Shown here: piece after piece, positions 12,430 through 26,300 of the stretch
Layout of the letters: each line of letters starts with the position of its first letter
Numbering within the stretch: position 1 is the first letter of the stretch
Source of the DNA: Euglena gracilis
Lineage: Eukaryota
Direction: 5' to 3'
Length of the DNA: 64,000 bases
Assembly (NCBI GenBank): GCA_039621445.1
Contig: CP154954.1
Location: 47,595,847-47,659,846, forward strand
Notes under the pieces: model-generated
Told to the model about the DNA's origin: nothing
The model's database searches: none
The model's input: only the letters and a program-made list of their open reading frames with translations
Position numbers and translations under genes: made by a program

Positions 12430-15400
12430 CGCGCGCGCGTGGGGTGGATGTGGGTGTGGGTGTGGGTGGGTGGGTACGCGTGTGCTTTTTGACATCCCGG
12501 GTTGTTTTTCTTTGGTCTTCATACAGCAGATCCAATGCCTCCCGCCAAACACACATACCAACACACCCCACACCCACAGTTGCTCATGGACCCCGGGGGG
12601 TAATGTGGGTAAGGGGTAATGGGTAATGTGGGCTGGCTGAAAAAAGGCTGCTGGCTGCCCCCCCCCCCCCCGCCCCATAGGGGTCCCAGGCTGGAGCTGG
12701 GCCGACTGGGGGTCAAACCGGGTACCAAAATCTAAATCACAATAAAGGTAAAAAAAACCACTAATCATGCAAAAAAAAATCGACTTTTTGACCCAAAAAA
12801 CGTCCCGGATAGCTTTTTTCCAACCCATTTTCACCAATTTTTGGCCCATTTTTTTGCCCATTTTTGTGCCCCCGAAAACGAAAAATCCATTAAATCCAGC
12901 CGCCCGAAGGGCGGGTGAAAACAAATAAACTTGTTGATGGGGGTCCAGGGCTGGAAATAAGGGGAAAACGGTGCTGGCCGGCTTGACCCCCCTGGGGTGA
13001 GGTCAAATTTTCTTGAGCAACGCCCTGCACCCACCCACCCACCCACACCCACCCACCCACCCATATACCCACACCCCCACACCCACACCCACCCCCCCCA
13101 CATCCACCCCCCCCACAGGCGCGCGCAGGTGGGTGCACCCACCCACCCACCCACCCACCCACACACACACCTGGATACCGAACAGCTGCCAGAAGTCCAG
13201 CCGGCCGCTCTGGCTGCTGTCCACTTGCGCGGCCAGGCCGGCGATGCGGCCCAGCGTCGCCTCTGGCACCGCCAGGAGCTCCCCGAGGGCGAGCAGCTGG
13301 GAGAGCAGCAGCACCCCGCTGCGCATCGGGTCCAGCCTGTGGGGACGGGGGCGTCAGGGTGGGGGGAGGGGATGGTTCTATTCCAATGCGCTCTGGCAAA
13401 GCCAGACCACTGAAGGATCACCTTCTATGCATTCTTCAGAATGCAACCTGAAAGTTCCTTTTGTAGTCGGCGATGTTAACACCCCGTGCTAGGCATCGAC
13501 CAATGTATACAATGTATTTGCGTCGATGAATTTTTTTTGCCAGTTTCGAGTTTGGACTTGAGAAATTTGAAACCCCCAAATTACATGGGAAAGCTTGGTT
13601 TCAAACCAAGCTTGGGAAAGCTTGGTTTGAAACCAAGCTTGGGAAAGCTTGGTTTGAAACCAAGCTTTCCCATCGACAACCAAACACCCTAAACTGTCCG
13701 TCCGTCTGTCCGTCCGTCTGTCTGTCTGTCTGTCTGTTGGCCTGTCCATCACCCAAACTGGCAAAGTCAACGGCATTCACAATTACCCACCTCGTTCTTC
13801 TTTCCCCCTCATCCCAGAAAATGTGCGATGTGGCAACCGATGGTTCCACCGCTTGCACCGTGCCACAGTTCAGGCACGCGCAATGCGGACTTGACGAACG
13901 CGAGGCGGAACGCCACGAGGACGTTCAAGTCCACGGCCACGGCGTGGAACAGCTCCCAGTCCGCCACGCGCCGCGGCAGGCGCTTGTGCGGCGATACCGC
14001 GTACGACGTGGACGCCGACGGCGGCTCCAGCATCGGCGGCACGCCCCTCCCCCACGGTGGTTGGGCGGGGGACATCTGGGCTGTCAATTTCATTTGTTTG
14101 TGCAGGCGGGGGAGGGGGGGTTGGAAAGCATTGTCGACGTGTTCCGCCTGGAAATGCCCCAAAACGTTAAACAGTTGCATTGCATTTGATTTCGGCCAGA
14201 CGTTCAGCGGTGGCCATGACCCTCCTCGGAGGGGCCAGGACCACCCCCGCTTGGCCTCATATTTGCATGACCGCTGGTGATTGCAGACCTGCAGCTCCAG
14301 CGCCGTGGCCTTGGGCTGGGGATTTTACCTGACTGATTTTTGTTGTTGATTTATTTTGGAATTCAATTTATATTTCTTTATTTTTTGATTTTTTTTGGAA
14401 TTACCATTAAAACTGGGGGTGCTTCTTTGAATGAACCAAGTCTTTTGAATAGGGGTTTCACCCAGCAAGTTGATGGGGTCTGCCAGAGCCATTGTTCAGA
14501 CAAGGAGACGAAAGAGATTTCATAATTTTGAGGCGGTCAAACCCCCAAAAACACAACCCATGAGTTGCATTCAGACTCCAGCACGCATGTCTAGGACTGA
14601 TCTGAAAAGGCACAGACAATCCACATATTTAGGAGGAAACAGGCATAAAATAATAATAGAGCAGCCGGCACAATTTGCTGTGCCAGACAAGCACCAAAAA
14701 ATTTTCTGTCAGTGATTTATTATCAGACAACGGGGGGGGGGGGAAATCCCTCAACCAAAGACTTCGGAGAGTTCTCAAGAGAGTGCACATCAGACCCCAT
14801 AAAAAGATATGCTGGCGACCCAAAACAGGGTGCCACCTCCCAACAACTATCTGGTTCCTGCATCAAAATGAGAACCAGGTTCTTGCGCACGGGAGCTGCA
14901 TGGCCAGGAGGTTGCCTGACATGAGCTGGGGGCTTGCCGCAAGTGCCCCAGGGATGCGAGCATTCATCATCCGGAGCTCCATGTCCCACAACTCCTGCAA
15001 GAAAGAAAACAACAGGCCGTAATGCATACAGCGATAACGTGCAGGTCAACGCACTACCAGCCAATATCAAATGGAAGGGAGCAACAATTTGTTGCCCTCA
15101 ACACAGGTTTCCAAAAATAAATCTTCGGCAAACCTGCTGGGTCGCGTGAAGACGGTTGCTCCATTCCTCCAGACGCTGCACATCCGATGCAGCCTGCGGA
15201 CAACCACAGACGGAGGGGCAGATGGGTACTAAAAAAACCGGAGGATGTGACCTTTGGGGACTACTTGAGGGCGGACAAAACCCAAAGAAAACAACCCCAG
15301 AGGCAGATTGCCGCCTAGAAATTGATAAAGAAGGAAGAAGAAGAAGAAGAAAGAAAAATGAACTTCAAACTTCTATAATTCCACAAAATGAAAACAAAAT

Positions 15401-18400
15401 TCCCCCAAAACAACACAGGATGCTGTATGGTAATACCTTCATTGCACTGAAGTGAAGGAGTGATTCCCTCTTTGCCATCAACTCAGCCTCTGCCCGGTCC
15501 CGGGTTGCCTGCGTGAGGGTTGGTTGGGGTGGCAGGGGCTGCACGGAGTGAAGGATGGATGCCGTCAGGAACCAAATGGTATGCATAAAGGTGCTGTGCT
15601 TCCAGAACAGCGCAGGAGCCGGCACAGGGCTGACCAAAAGGAGAACTTGCATGCCCAGCACCGTCCGGGTGGCCATTTTGTCCGATAGGAGTGCCATCCA
15701 GCCATCCCCTCGGCGCACCATTCCCGAGACCCCACGCCCCCACGGCGCACACTTTGGCCCGCCGCCACTCCTCCCGCTGCTGGTCCCACTCCGCCCGCGC
15801 CTTCTGCAGCTGCGCCCGCTCCTCCTCCAGCTGGGCCCGCTGCTGGGCGAGGTCCCCCCCGCCGTCCGGCCCCGCCCCCCAGCCCGGGTCGGCGGCGGGG
15901 ACGGCCACAGCCCGGCCCAGCCCAGCCTGGGCCGCGGCCTGGGCATCGGCCTGCGAGGAATTGGGCCGAGTGGGCACTGGCATACGGAGGGAGTTCGCAA
16001 TTTTGAAAAGGCAATGCCTTCTCATTGGATGCTGCGCTGGGTGGGGGGGAAATACTTCGGGGGTTTCCCAAACACCAGTCAATAAAAAAAAACACCACTC
16101 ATGTGTGTGCAGGAATGCAACAATGAAAAGCGGAAAACGTGGGGGAGTGCGATGCCGAGAGAGTGAAACGAAAAAGTGAAATGTGGGGAAGCTGCGGGAA
16201 AGCTGCCAGATAAAGCTTGGCGATTGTGGCAAATAATCCACCTAACCACACCCACTTTTCTTTCAACACTTCTGCAGGCCTGGACAACCTCATCATAACT
16301 CCCTCCCAGCTTATAAGATCAGATTTAGTGGGTTTTGCAGGGGGGGGAGGTATAAGGTGAAGAAAAGTTGGTGAATATCCTATCCCTGAAAATTCCCCCA
16401 AACCACCAAAAGCCCAATCCTCGAAAAATAATTGTCAAAAATGATGTTTTGACGACGGTTAGTCGCATAAATATTAGCGACAATAGTTTCAGGGGGGTTT
16501 GAAGCAAAAAAAATTCGTCACCGGCATCTATTGCTTTCCTTTGCATGTCCTGAATGGCTCCAGGTGGAGGAGGGGTATATAACGAGCGAGGTGACCCACG
16601 GTTCGATATAATGGCAGGTGGAGGGGTTGGACCCCCTCCGGTCCAGGAGGGGGACACCCCCCCTCCACTGACCCGTACACCCTCTGGATATCAAACCCTG
16701 GGGGTACCCGATGCCCAGAAATGCCAACCGTCCAGCAAGGACCTTCGCCTTCTTCCACTCCTCGATCTGCCGGTCCAGCTCCTCCCGCAGCCGCCGGTGC
16801 TTGGCCCGGGCCTCCTCCAGGGCCGCCTGCCGGGCCACCAGCTTGGCGTCCCACGCCTTGTACCGCTCCCGCTCCGCCGTCATCGCCACCTCCAGCTGCC
16901 GCAGCCGGGCCTGGGGGGGGGGAGGGGGCACTGCGGGGGGGGGAGGGGGGGCTGGGCTGACCAGGGTCCATGCTGACCCCCCCCTTTCCACCCGCCAGGT
17001 GCGCCACTGAGAACTGCGGCCCTCCATGGGGAGGTGTGGCCTTTGTTAGGAGTGGACCCAGGAGTATTCGGCAGCCGAGGAATAACACCTGCAGATGGGG
17101 AATCCCCCCAACGGCCAGCAGGCCTCTGGTAATTAACCCTGGGGTGTGCCATGTGCTATGGGGTGCCCATAGCAGGCATCCTGGGGGGGGGGGGCGGTTC
17201 TGAACCCCGGTGCCTGCGACCCAGCCAAATTTCGTTTGAAAATGGCCTTTTCGCGACCTGGTGCCTTCGGTCCGGGGGGGGGGGTGCTAGCACTGCCCAC
17301 CCCAAAACCCGACCCCCCCCCTGCGGGGATCGAAAATGCCATGCTCCCCTACAGACAGTCATTTAGTGTGGTTCACAAAAGGCGTATGAACCACAAAAAA
17401 TATTTTGGCGTCCACAGGCGAACCACAAAATTTTTTTGGTGTCCACAAAAATTTTGTTGCCCACAAAACTTGATTGAGGATCGAAAAAAACCAAGTTTTA
17501 CAACTGAAAGCGGATTGATCTTGAGACACCTTAGCCAAATTGTGGACCTTGGCTCCGGCTCAATCCGTAAAGTGTGGCAGCGAATCACACCCCCAGGCTT
17601 GCATGGGAATCTCGGAGGGGGGGGGGTGGGGGGACCCCCCCAACCTCCAGTTTTCGGTGGCCGAATCTTCTCAGTTTCTGGGTCAAAAAAAAAAGTCGAA
17701 AAAAGCGAAGCAAAGGGGTGTGGGGGGTATTGGAGGGGGTCGCTGGCGTCTTAACCTTTCAAAAATTACTGTAAATAACCGTAAATTGCACGTGTGTGAT
17801 TTGTAAACCATAATTTATGCGAAATTTGCAATGCTGGTCTTTTCAGCCGTCCATGACGTGCAAGTCCCATTAAGATCTCAACGCTATTCAAACCTGGTCC
17901 CTCACCCCCCAAGTTTCGGAAGGGGGTCCTCCCACCCCCCCCCTGCTCTGTGGGGGGAAAAAAATCATCTGGCGCTTTGCGCCGGGTGTGTATTTTAGGA
18001 CCCTCTTGAGGCTCAATACAAAAATTTGCACCCAAATGCATGGGTTCCGAGCCAAAAAAACGGGGGGGGGGGCGGGGGGGCGAAAAACGCTCATTCTTGG
18101 CTCAAAAACAGTTCTTCCAGGTCCGAGAAACATCGTTTTGGCCAATCTTTTTCTTCGATTTTCTTCGAATTTTTCGACCTTTTCAACCCAAACATGGCCG
18201 AAAACGGCCAAGTCAAAACAAGCCAAAACTGTACAAAATGGCCCAAAAAATGGCCGTAACTCAGGTTGGGCGGGGAGTTGCGGGGAAATCAAAATACCCT
18301 TAGATAGGGCTTCAAAGGGCTTCAATTCAGGTCTCCGAACGTTTCCTTTGACTCCCCACCATTGAACCACAAAAAAATTCTTGGTGTCCACAGGTGAACC

Positions 18401-21400
18401 ACAAAAAAAATTGGTGTCCACAATGAACCACAAAATGACAACCTTGGTGCACTACACTAAATGAATGTCTGCTCCCCGACTTCCCATAGCACCCCCCCCC
18501 CTGGGAGTGCAATTTTCTTCAAAAAAAAGCCTGGACCGGAGGTGGGGAAGCAAACCAAAAATTGTCAATCACCGCAATGACCAGGCAGGTGTGTCACAAA
18601 CTTCGTCAGGAATGCCGTCTGCAAAAGTTGAGTTTATCATGCAAAACCTCAACGATGCTTTTCTGAATGGAACGATCTCAAACCCTAAATTGCCTTGCAT
18701 TGAAAAATGCATTCATTGGGTATTGCATTGGGAAAATGTGGGGGATGTGGGGGCTGCGAGAGGGGATGGTGACACTCTGCATCAAAAAATGAAGATATGC
18801 AGAAAGGCATGAAATATGAAAATGAACCATAAAAAAGCTTGGAGGAACTGGCAATCATCACTTATTTTCAAAGTCTTCAAATTTCGGAACCCCCCCAATC
18901 AAATAACTCCCCAGCTTTCGGCGTCGGGTGCCCAATCAATAATTTATTAATTGGGGGGGGGGTACAAATTTACACCCCTTGGTGTAAATTTGTAACCCAC
19001 CAAAAAAAAAAGGAAGCAAAAAATTCACACACCTTCTCGTGGTTCAGCTTCATCTTCTGTTCCCTCAGCATGTCCTTCTCGTTCTCATACTCCTCCAGGG
19101 CCTGGGCTAACACCTCCACCTCCTTTGCCAGCGCCTCTTGCTCTGTCATCATCAGGAGTTTTATTAACGACCCGGGGGGGGGAGGGGTCCAGCTGCCCCC
19201 CCCCCCCCCGGCTGGAAAAAAGGAGTTGGCATGACTCCCTGGGGAGGGGGGTCCAGCCAGCTGGCAGCTGGACGATTTCTGGTCCACGCGGAGTCACCTT
19301 CCATGTTCAAAATCTAGTCATCCACCCCCCCCCCCGCCCTGGGGGTCAGTCACTTTGACCACTCGGGCCAAAATGGCTCAAAATCAATGGACATTGGCCA
19401 ACCCCTGGAAAAATTCTGCCGGGTGGGAACTTTCGACCATTCCTGGTGACCCCCCCCCCCTCAGGGTGCTGGAGCCAAAACCAGCCAGTCATCCCGCCCC
19501 CTAAGGGTGGGGTTGGGCGCACCTTAAGCATGGTGTACCTGAAAACGGGCAAGCAAGCCCAAATCCGGCAGGGTTGGGAATTTTCAACCAAGAATTTTGA
19601 GACCAAAACCTCAAAAATTCACATCGAAATGCTTTTCTTGACTGGTGTTTGCATCGGAAATATCTTCGCCCAACTTTATTTCACCAGGCCCTTGGGGAGA
19701 GGGTCTGCAGCTGGCTGGCAGCTGCTGGCTGGAAAAAAAAAGGCCCTGAGTAGGGGTTTTTTTGAGGACCCCCGGAGGGGTCCTGTGGGCCGAAAAACGT
19801 GCCGGCTAGAAAAAAGCTGCTGGCTGGACGCTGGGAGCTGGACCCAACAGGTACCCAAAAAATGCCCCAAAAAACCCAAATCCAGCTGAAATTGGCAAAA
19901 ATAGGAGGTGAAGACCACCCAAAATGCCATTTTTTTTGTCACTTTTGACCCCCTTTCCTAAAATTTTCGGTGCAGAGTGCCAAAAATTTTTTCGGTCCAT
20001 CCCCAACTTTATTTCAGCGGACTCAGGGGTCTGCAGCCCGGCTGGGAGGTGCTGGCTGGAAAAAAGGTGCTGGCTGAACCCCCCCCCCGGGGTAACCCCC
20101 CGTTTTAAGGACATAGTTTCGGATCCCACTTACTGGAGCACCCATTGGGGCACCGCGCACTTATTAGAGCAAAGCACAAAATACTGTCCCCGGAAAAAAT
20201 AACAACCGGAAAAAATAACAACCGGAAAAAATAACAACCGGAAAAATAACAACCCGGAAGGCTTCAGAGCAACAAGGATGTCAATATGGAATTCATGAAA
20301 AACTGGGTCCAGGTCATCAAATCAGGTCAGCGACGTCAATATCTGACAGGTCAAAATCGCAGTCAGCAAATTCTTGGTCGTTCACGGAAGGCTTTGCTGC
20401 AAGGACATGCTTTTCCATGACGATTCTGAAAGGAACAAAGGGGTTTGCTCATCCATACTGGCCCCGCCACCCTCTCAGCCAGGCCAAGTGAGAAAGTATC
20501 CAAAGAGCCATGGCGAAGGCGGGGCCTTTACACAAGAAAAAAATTGGAAAAATAACAACCGAAAAAATAACAACCTGAAAGGCTTGGGTTGTTATTTTTT
20601 CCGGTTGTTATTTTTTCCGGGGACAGTAAGTGATATTCCACCACTCTGTTTCAGTTTTTCCCCTTCTTGTGATGTCAAGCAGTGAGTCAAATGATCATGT
20701 GTCAAATTTGGGCTTGGACTATTTGGTTTGAGAAAGACAATTCTGAGAATTGTGTGACAGCGATTTCTCCTTTGGGGGGTGCGCACTTTTTGGGGAGGTA
20801 ATTCGGACCCTTGGGGGGGGGGGATGCGCACTCATTAGGGCACTGCGCATAATTAGATCATTGTGCACTTTGGGGGGGTCAGGGTTCCCTCCGGCTGAAG
20901 AAAACCCCCGGTCATCAGCGTCTGTCGGTCTGCAGCCAGTGTGGCTTCGGAGTCGGCCTGATCGGAAAACAACGCGTGCCAGTGTGCCACACTGCCCGCG
21001 GACCATAGAGTCATTCCTTGGTAGTTTCAGGCTGTTCTTTGTTGAGGTGCAAAACTGGAAAACTCTTTTGGTAACATCCTAAAACATTTCGACATGTTTT
21101 AGGTCAAAAGAATCGCGCTTTGCGCCGGTCACTGGGGAGATGAAATCCACCAGCCAGTTTTGCTGTTCTGCCAGGGAGAGGGGGTCCAGCTAGTGGCTCT
21201 TCTCCTGTGGCCAGCAAAAGTGGACAGCTATTGGACCCCTGGTGTCCTGAAGCAAAAGCCTGCTTCGAGGTGTGGTTTCTCTTTGGCAACAGAAGCCACG
21301 ATCCCAAACCTTGGCCCATAGCCACGTGTCCCGCCTCTTCTCGAACTCCTCCAGCCGCAGCTCCAGCTCGGCCTTCAGCGCCTTCAGCTGCTCGTCCGCG

Positions 21401-23320
21401 TTGGCCCATTGCCCGGCCCCCTGCAGCAACGCCTGCTGCAGCTGTTGCTGCATCACCGCCTGCCAGCGGGGCAGCGGCCAGGGAGGACGGAGCCGGGATG
21501 GCACGGGCATCCACCTCGAGCCACGCAATCGATAAACGAGACGTGCTCGTACTGCCAGGCTGTGCCCACTCACTGACCCTGCCGGCAACAAAACACGTAG
21601 AAAATGGTTGGGAAAAATACGTGTGGCGGAGATGGAAACAGAAAGAAATGCCAGGGAAACGCCGTCCTCACCAATTGCCAAACACACAAGCGCCATAACC
21701 CAAATCCAACTGCATCATGCTGCCGTTCCACCGGGGCAAGCAGCCGGACGTCTCGGCGCAGCCACTGATCGGACCAGGCTCGGAGCCGGGCCAACGCCCA
21801 CACACCTTCTCCCCCTGCAGCTGAACATAATGCTCCTGCAGCGTCTCCCGTTCCCGCTGCAGCTCCGTCAGGGCCACCGTCAGCATCGCCACCTCCTGCC
21901 CCAGCGCCTCCTGCTCTGTCGTCAGCGTCTGCCGGTCCGCGGCCAGCGTGGCCTGGGAGTTAGCCTGCGGATTGGGGGGGGGGGGGCTCCGTGGCGAAAC
22001 GTGGTGGTGGGCGGCAGCAAGGACGGCCTTGTTGGCCAAAGCAATGTGTCAGAGGACAAACTCACAAACACGGCATCACTTACCAAACCCCGGGGGGGGG
22101 GGGCATCTCAGAGGCTCAGGTTTTATGTCATCAAAACTGTTTGATTGCCAGAAATTGTCTGTTCTGTCGAAATATCGCTGCCACCAATTCCGTTGGCAAG
22201 ATAGGAAAAAATTTGATCCCGATTCTTATTTGATTCAGGGTTCTCATTTGGGAGTTTATCATTTGGGGACAGAACCGACAATGAACCTCACACAAAGGGG
22301 TGAAAGGGGTGGATGCACAGGTGGATGGGCATTGTGTTGTTATGTTGTGTTGTGTTGTGTTGTGTTGTGTTGTGTTGTGTTGTGTTGTGTTGTGTTGTGT
22401 TGTGTTGTGTTGTGTTGTGTTGTGTTGTGTTGTGTTGTGTTGTGTTGTGTTGTGTTGTGTTGTGGCGCACTGCTGTGGGCCTCTCCCCTGTGATCCATGC
22501 GGAGAAAAAGCCTGGGGCCACAGTCGGACACACACCCATACCTGTGTGCCTGCGAGTTCACACTCGTCATCAGGGGGGCTGCTTCAAAAAAAAATGAGCC
22601 CATCCCCCTGGGGGGGTCCAGCCAGGCATTATTTTTTAAGGAACCTTAAAAACCTCAGAAATACGTTTAAAAATTTGCCACAATGCCTTTAAACCCCTCA
22701 ATAAACCTTAAAAATTCGTCCCAGAAAAATTACGAATTTCGAGCAAAGAAATAAATTGAAAAATCTCGGCAAAAAACAAGTCAACTCCGGGGAAAAAAAT
22801 AGTTTCTGGCATCGCTGGAACATTGTCAACCCACCCAAAACTCAAAAAAAACTCAATTTGTTTTTTGAACCTTTTTGATTTTCAACCTGGACCGACGTTG
22901 GCTCGATGCCCGGAAGACTCTTTGACTCCCCTTGGAAAATAGACACCTTGAAAATGCCTTAAAAAAACTTTTTTTTAAAAAAAAATCCGCCTTAAAAGAT
23001 AATGCCCGGGTCCAGCCAGCCAGCAGCCCCCCCCCCCCCCTCCCGGCTCAACGACTTACAGTGGTTGGGCCACTGGCTAGTCCATCCACTAGTCGATCCG
23101 ACTCCCAGTTGCCCTATCGACCAGTCGACGGTCAGTCGACCGATTTTCAATTTCTTTTGTGTGCAACTGCTTGGAGGGCCCCAAAGAAAAAGAAACCCTT
23201 GTGTTGCATACGTTGTTTTGCTACATATGCGTAAACGTAACTATGTTGTGCTTTGTTTATATATATATATATATAATATATATATTATATATATATTATA
23301 TATATATGATAATATCTATA

Positions 23321-23363
<43 letters not shown>

Positions 23364-26300
23364 ATATATATATATCTATATATATATATATATATCTATA
23401 TATAGTAATATATATGCTATATATCCGATATATATATATATACTGATATTCTAATTCTCCTATATATATATATATATATATGGTCTTTCATCAGAGTGTT
23501 TCACCGGGGAAAATATCTGGCTGGTTCAATTGCCGACGGGAAAAATGCTGTCGGGAAAACTATTGGACGAACTTATAAAACGCCAATAAAAAATCTGGAC
23601 GCCCACTTATGGACGGGAAAAAATTAAAAAAAAAATGCACGAAAAAATCTCGTGAACCCATTTTTCAGGGTAATACAAGAGAATGTGCACCAAATCCCGG
23701 TTTCCACAGATCCAAAGTTCAAAAGCTAATAAAATGCGAAACTTCAAAAAACAAAACGACGCAAAAAAAAACAACACATTCTTTCATTTTGAAGGATTAC
23801 TGATGACATTCTAAACAAGGGATTTGGAACGCAAATATGCTCCAAAATCAGCGCAAAGCGCCGAAGAAAATTTTTGGGTGTTCACTGGAGAAAATTAGAT
23901 TTTTCTCAAATTTGCCAGAAAAAACCTGGATGGATCCTTAAAAATGGAGGGAGAAATCCTGGACAAAATTTCGTCCAGAATTATTCCCACAACAATTTTT
24001 CCCATCCAAGTCCCCCCCCCCCCGGAGTTGACCGACTAGTTGGTTGACTAGTCGACAGGGCAACTGGCTGAACCCCGATTAAACGGGGCAGAGGTATGAT
24101 GCACGCCTGCACACAAATGGTGCAGGAATGGTCTCCAATCGTCACAAACATGCCAACAGATCAAGGAAAAGGACCCCTAAGGGGGGGGGTCCAGCCGGCT
24201 GGCTGGAAAAATGTAATGGGTGGAAAAAAGATGCTGGCTGGACCCCCCCCACAGGGCGTAGGGGGTTAATGGGGGGTGGCTCCTACCGGATGCCAGGCTG
24301 GACCCAGCAGGTACTGGAAACAGGCAAACCAGCCCAAATCCTGCTGGGTTGGATTTTTTTTTAGCCAAATTTTTGACCCGACCCTGGGGATCCCCTGGCT
24401 GGAACCAGGCCCAACTGGGGGTCAAACCAGGTGCCAAACAATCGAAACTGCAAAAAACAACAACAAAAAAATCAATTGTGCAAAATTCAAGTTTTTTGCC
24501 CAAAATTTGCTCTGGCCAGCCCGATTCTGGCCTGTTTTGCCCATTTCCCTCTCATTTTGGCACCTCCAAAAACCGAAAATACGTCACCGTCCAGCCAGCC
24601 TTCGGGCAGCTGCAAAGGAAAAAAAATTCTCTCCCTTGTCAATGGGGAGGGGCGGCCCCAAACATCAGAGTGGGGGGTTCTGACCAGTCAATTCACCAGT
24701 CAATCAACTGGCTTTGTTGGTGGAAGATTTGGGCTGGCTGGAACAGGCTGATGGCTGACCAGTTCCAGCCCGGTACAGCCAGGCTTTGATACAAGGGGGG
24801 GGGGTCGGACCCTCCTCCGGTCCAGCAGGGGGACCCCCACCTAAAAAGTGGCGCAAGGTTGGGTTTTGGGTCCCCCCCCCCAATTTTTGTTTTTTGGGTA
24901 CCCCCCAAAAAACACCAAAAATTTGTATTTTTGGGAAAAGGCCGATTTTGGCCAAGAAAAGCCATTTTTCAAAATTTTCTGCGCCTGCGGCGCCAAAAAG
25001 TATATCCCACCCCCCTCTGGGCCCCGGGGGGTCCGGCCGGACCCACCCCAACCCCCCCCTCCCCCCCGGGGGTGCGGCCTTGAATAATCCCTGGGGCTGC
25101 AGCCGGAATCGAACCATTGACCTGAAAATGTAGGTAAAAATCACAATCTCTGACTACAAAGTACGAAAAAAATCGATTTTTCTGGATCATCTGGCCTCCA
25201 AATAAATGCTAGATTTCATGAGAAAGAACAAAAAATGACCCCAAAGGGGGGTTTTGGCGCTATTTTTGCTCCTACGGAACTTCGAAAAATTTCGGAAAAT
25301 TTTGGGAAATAATACCCCCCCCAAATAATACCCCCCCCCTCGGGCCGGGACCTCGGGCAAAAAAATAATACCCCGGGGGTATTATTTGGGGGGGTTTACA
25401 TGTCTCGGCATTTTGAAAGGCTTTGTGCCCCCCAAAAATTCAGCATCCAAAATTGTACAAACTAAACTAACTGGACTAACTGGGTGGGGGAAGGTCTGAC
25501 TATTGAAAAAAAAACGCCAGAAAGCGTTTCAAGCAGGCGGGGAGTGTTCAGGACAACTCTGAGCGACAAGCCCCTTTGTGATTTGGTGGATGTCGACCAT
25601 TGTTTCCCGTGGTTGTCTCTCATCGTCAATGGAGACCCAAAATTTTGATTTTTGGGTACCCCCCAAAAATTTTGGGCCGATTTTGGGACCCCCCCCAACA
25701 ATGCAAAACCAAAACCCAACCTTGAGTGGCGTGTTCTGGGTGACAGATTTTCACCCCCCCCCCCCAAACGGCCAAAAGTGCCATGTCGGGCCTTTGGGCT
25801 AAAATTTGTCAAAAACGCTAAAAATTTTCGGCGGAAAGCGCCAGAAGGAAAGAAATTCACCTTTTGGGGGGGGTCCTGGGCACCCCCCCCCCCTGGGGTT
25901 GGTCCAGACCAACTTGGCAGGTGGGGGGGTCCAACCCCCCCTCTGGTCAAGGAGGGGGGGACACCCCGACCTAAACCCCACAAACCCTCCTATTATCGAA
26001 CCCCTACCCCCACCCCTGGGTCCAGCCAGCCAGCACCTTATTCCAGCCAGCCAGCCAGCAGCTCCCAGCCACGCTGCAGACCCCCCTGGCGGGGTTGAGC
26101 GGCAATAAAACTTTTGCAGCCCAGCGAAGCTGGGCTGGACATAGGGTGAGGGTAACAATTTTCGCCTCAGGTCAAGCCAAAATTTAGCTAATATTTTTAG
26201 CACGAAATTGACAAAACTTAGACCTCAATTGAGGCCTAAACTTAGACCTAAATAAAAATGTCACCCGAACCTGCCGAATACTCCTCTGCATCAATTTGAG

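Noticed and set aside
13587-13671. CRISPR-like palindromic repeats
   Set aside because: No spacers, no cas genes, eukaryotic intron context.
15194-15436. Possible nonconventional intron in the coiled-coil gene
   Set aside because: Careful re-reading gives an ordinary in-frame GT-AG join ([16 protein letters not shown]).
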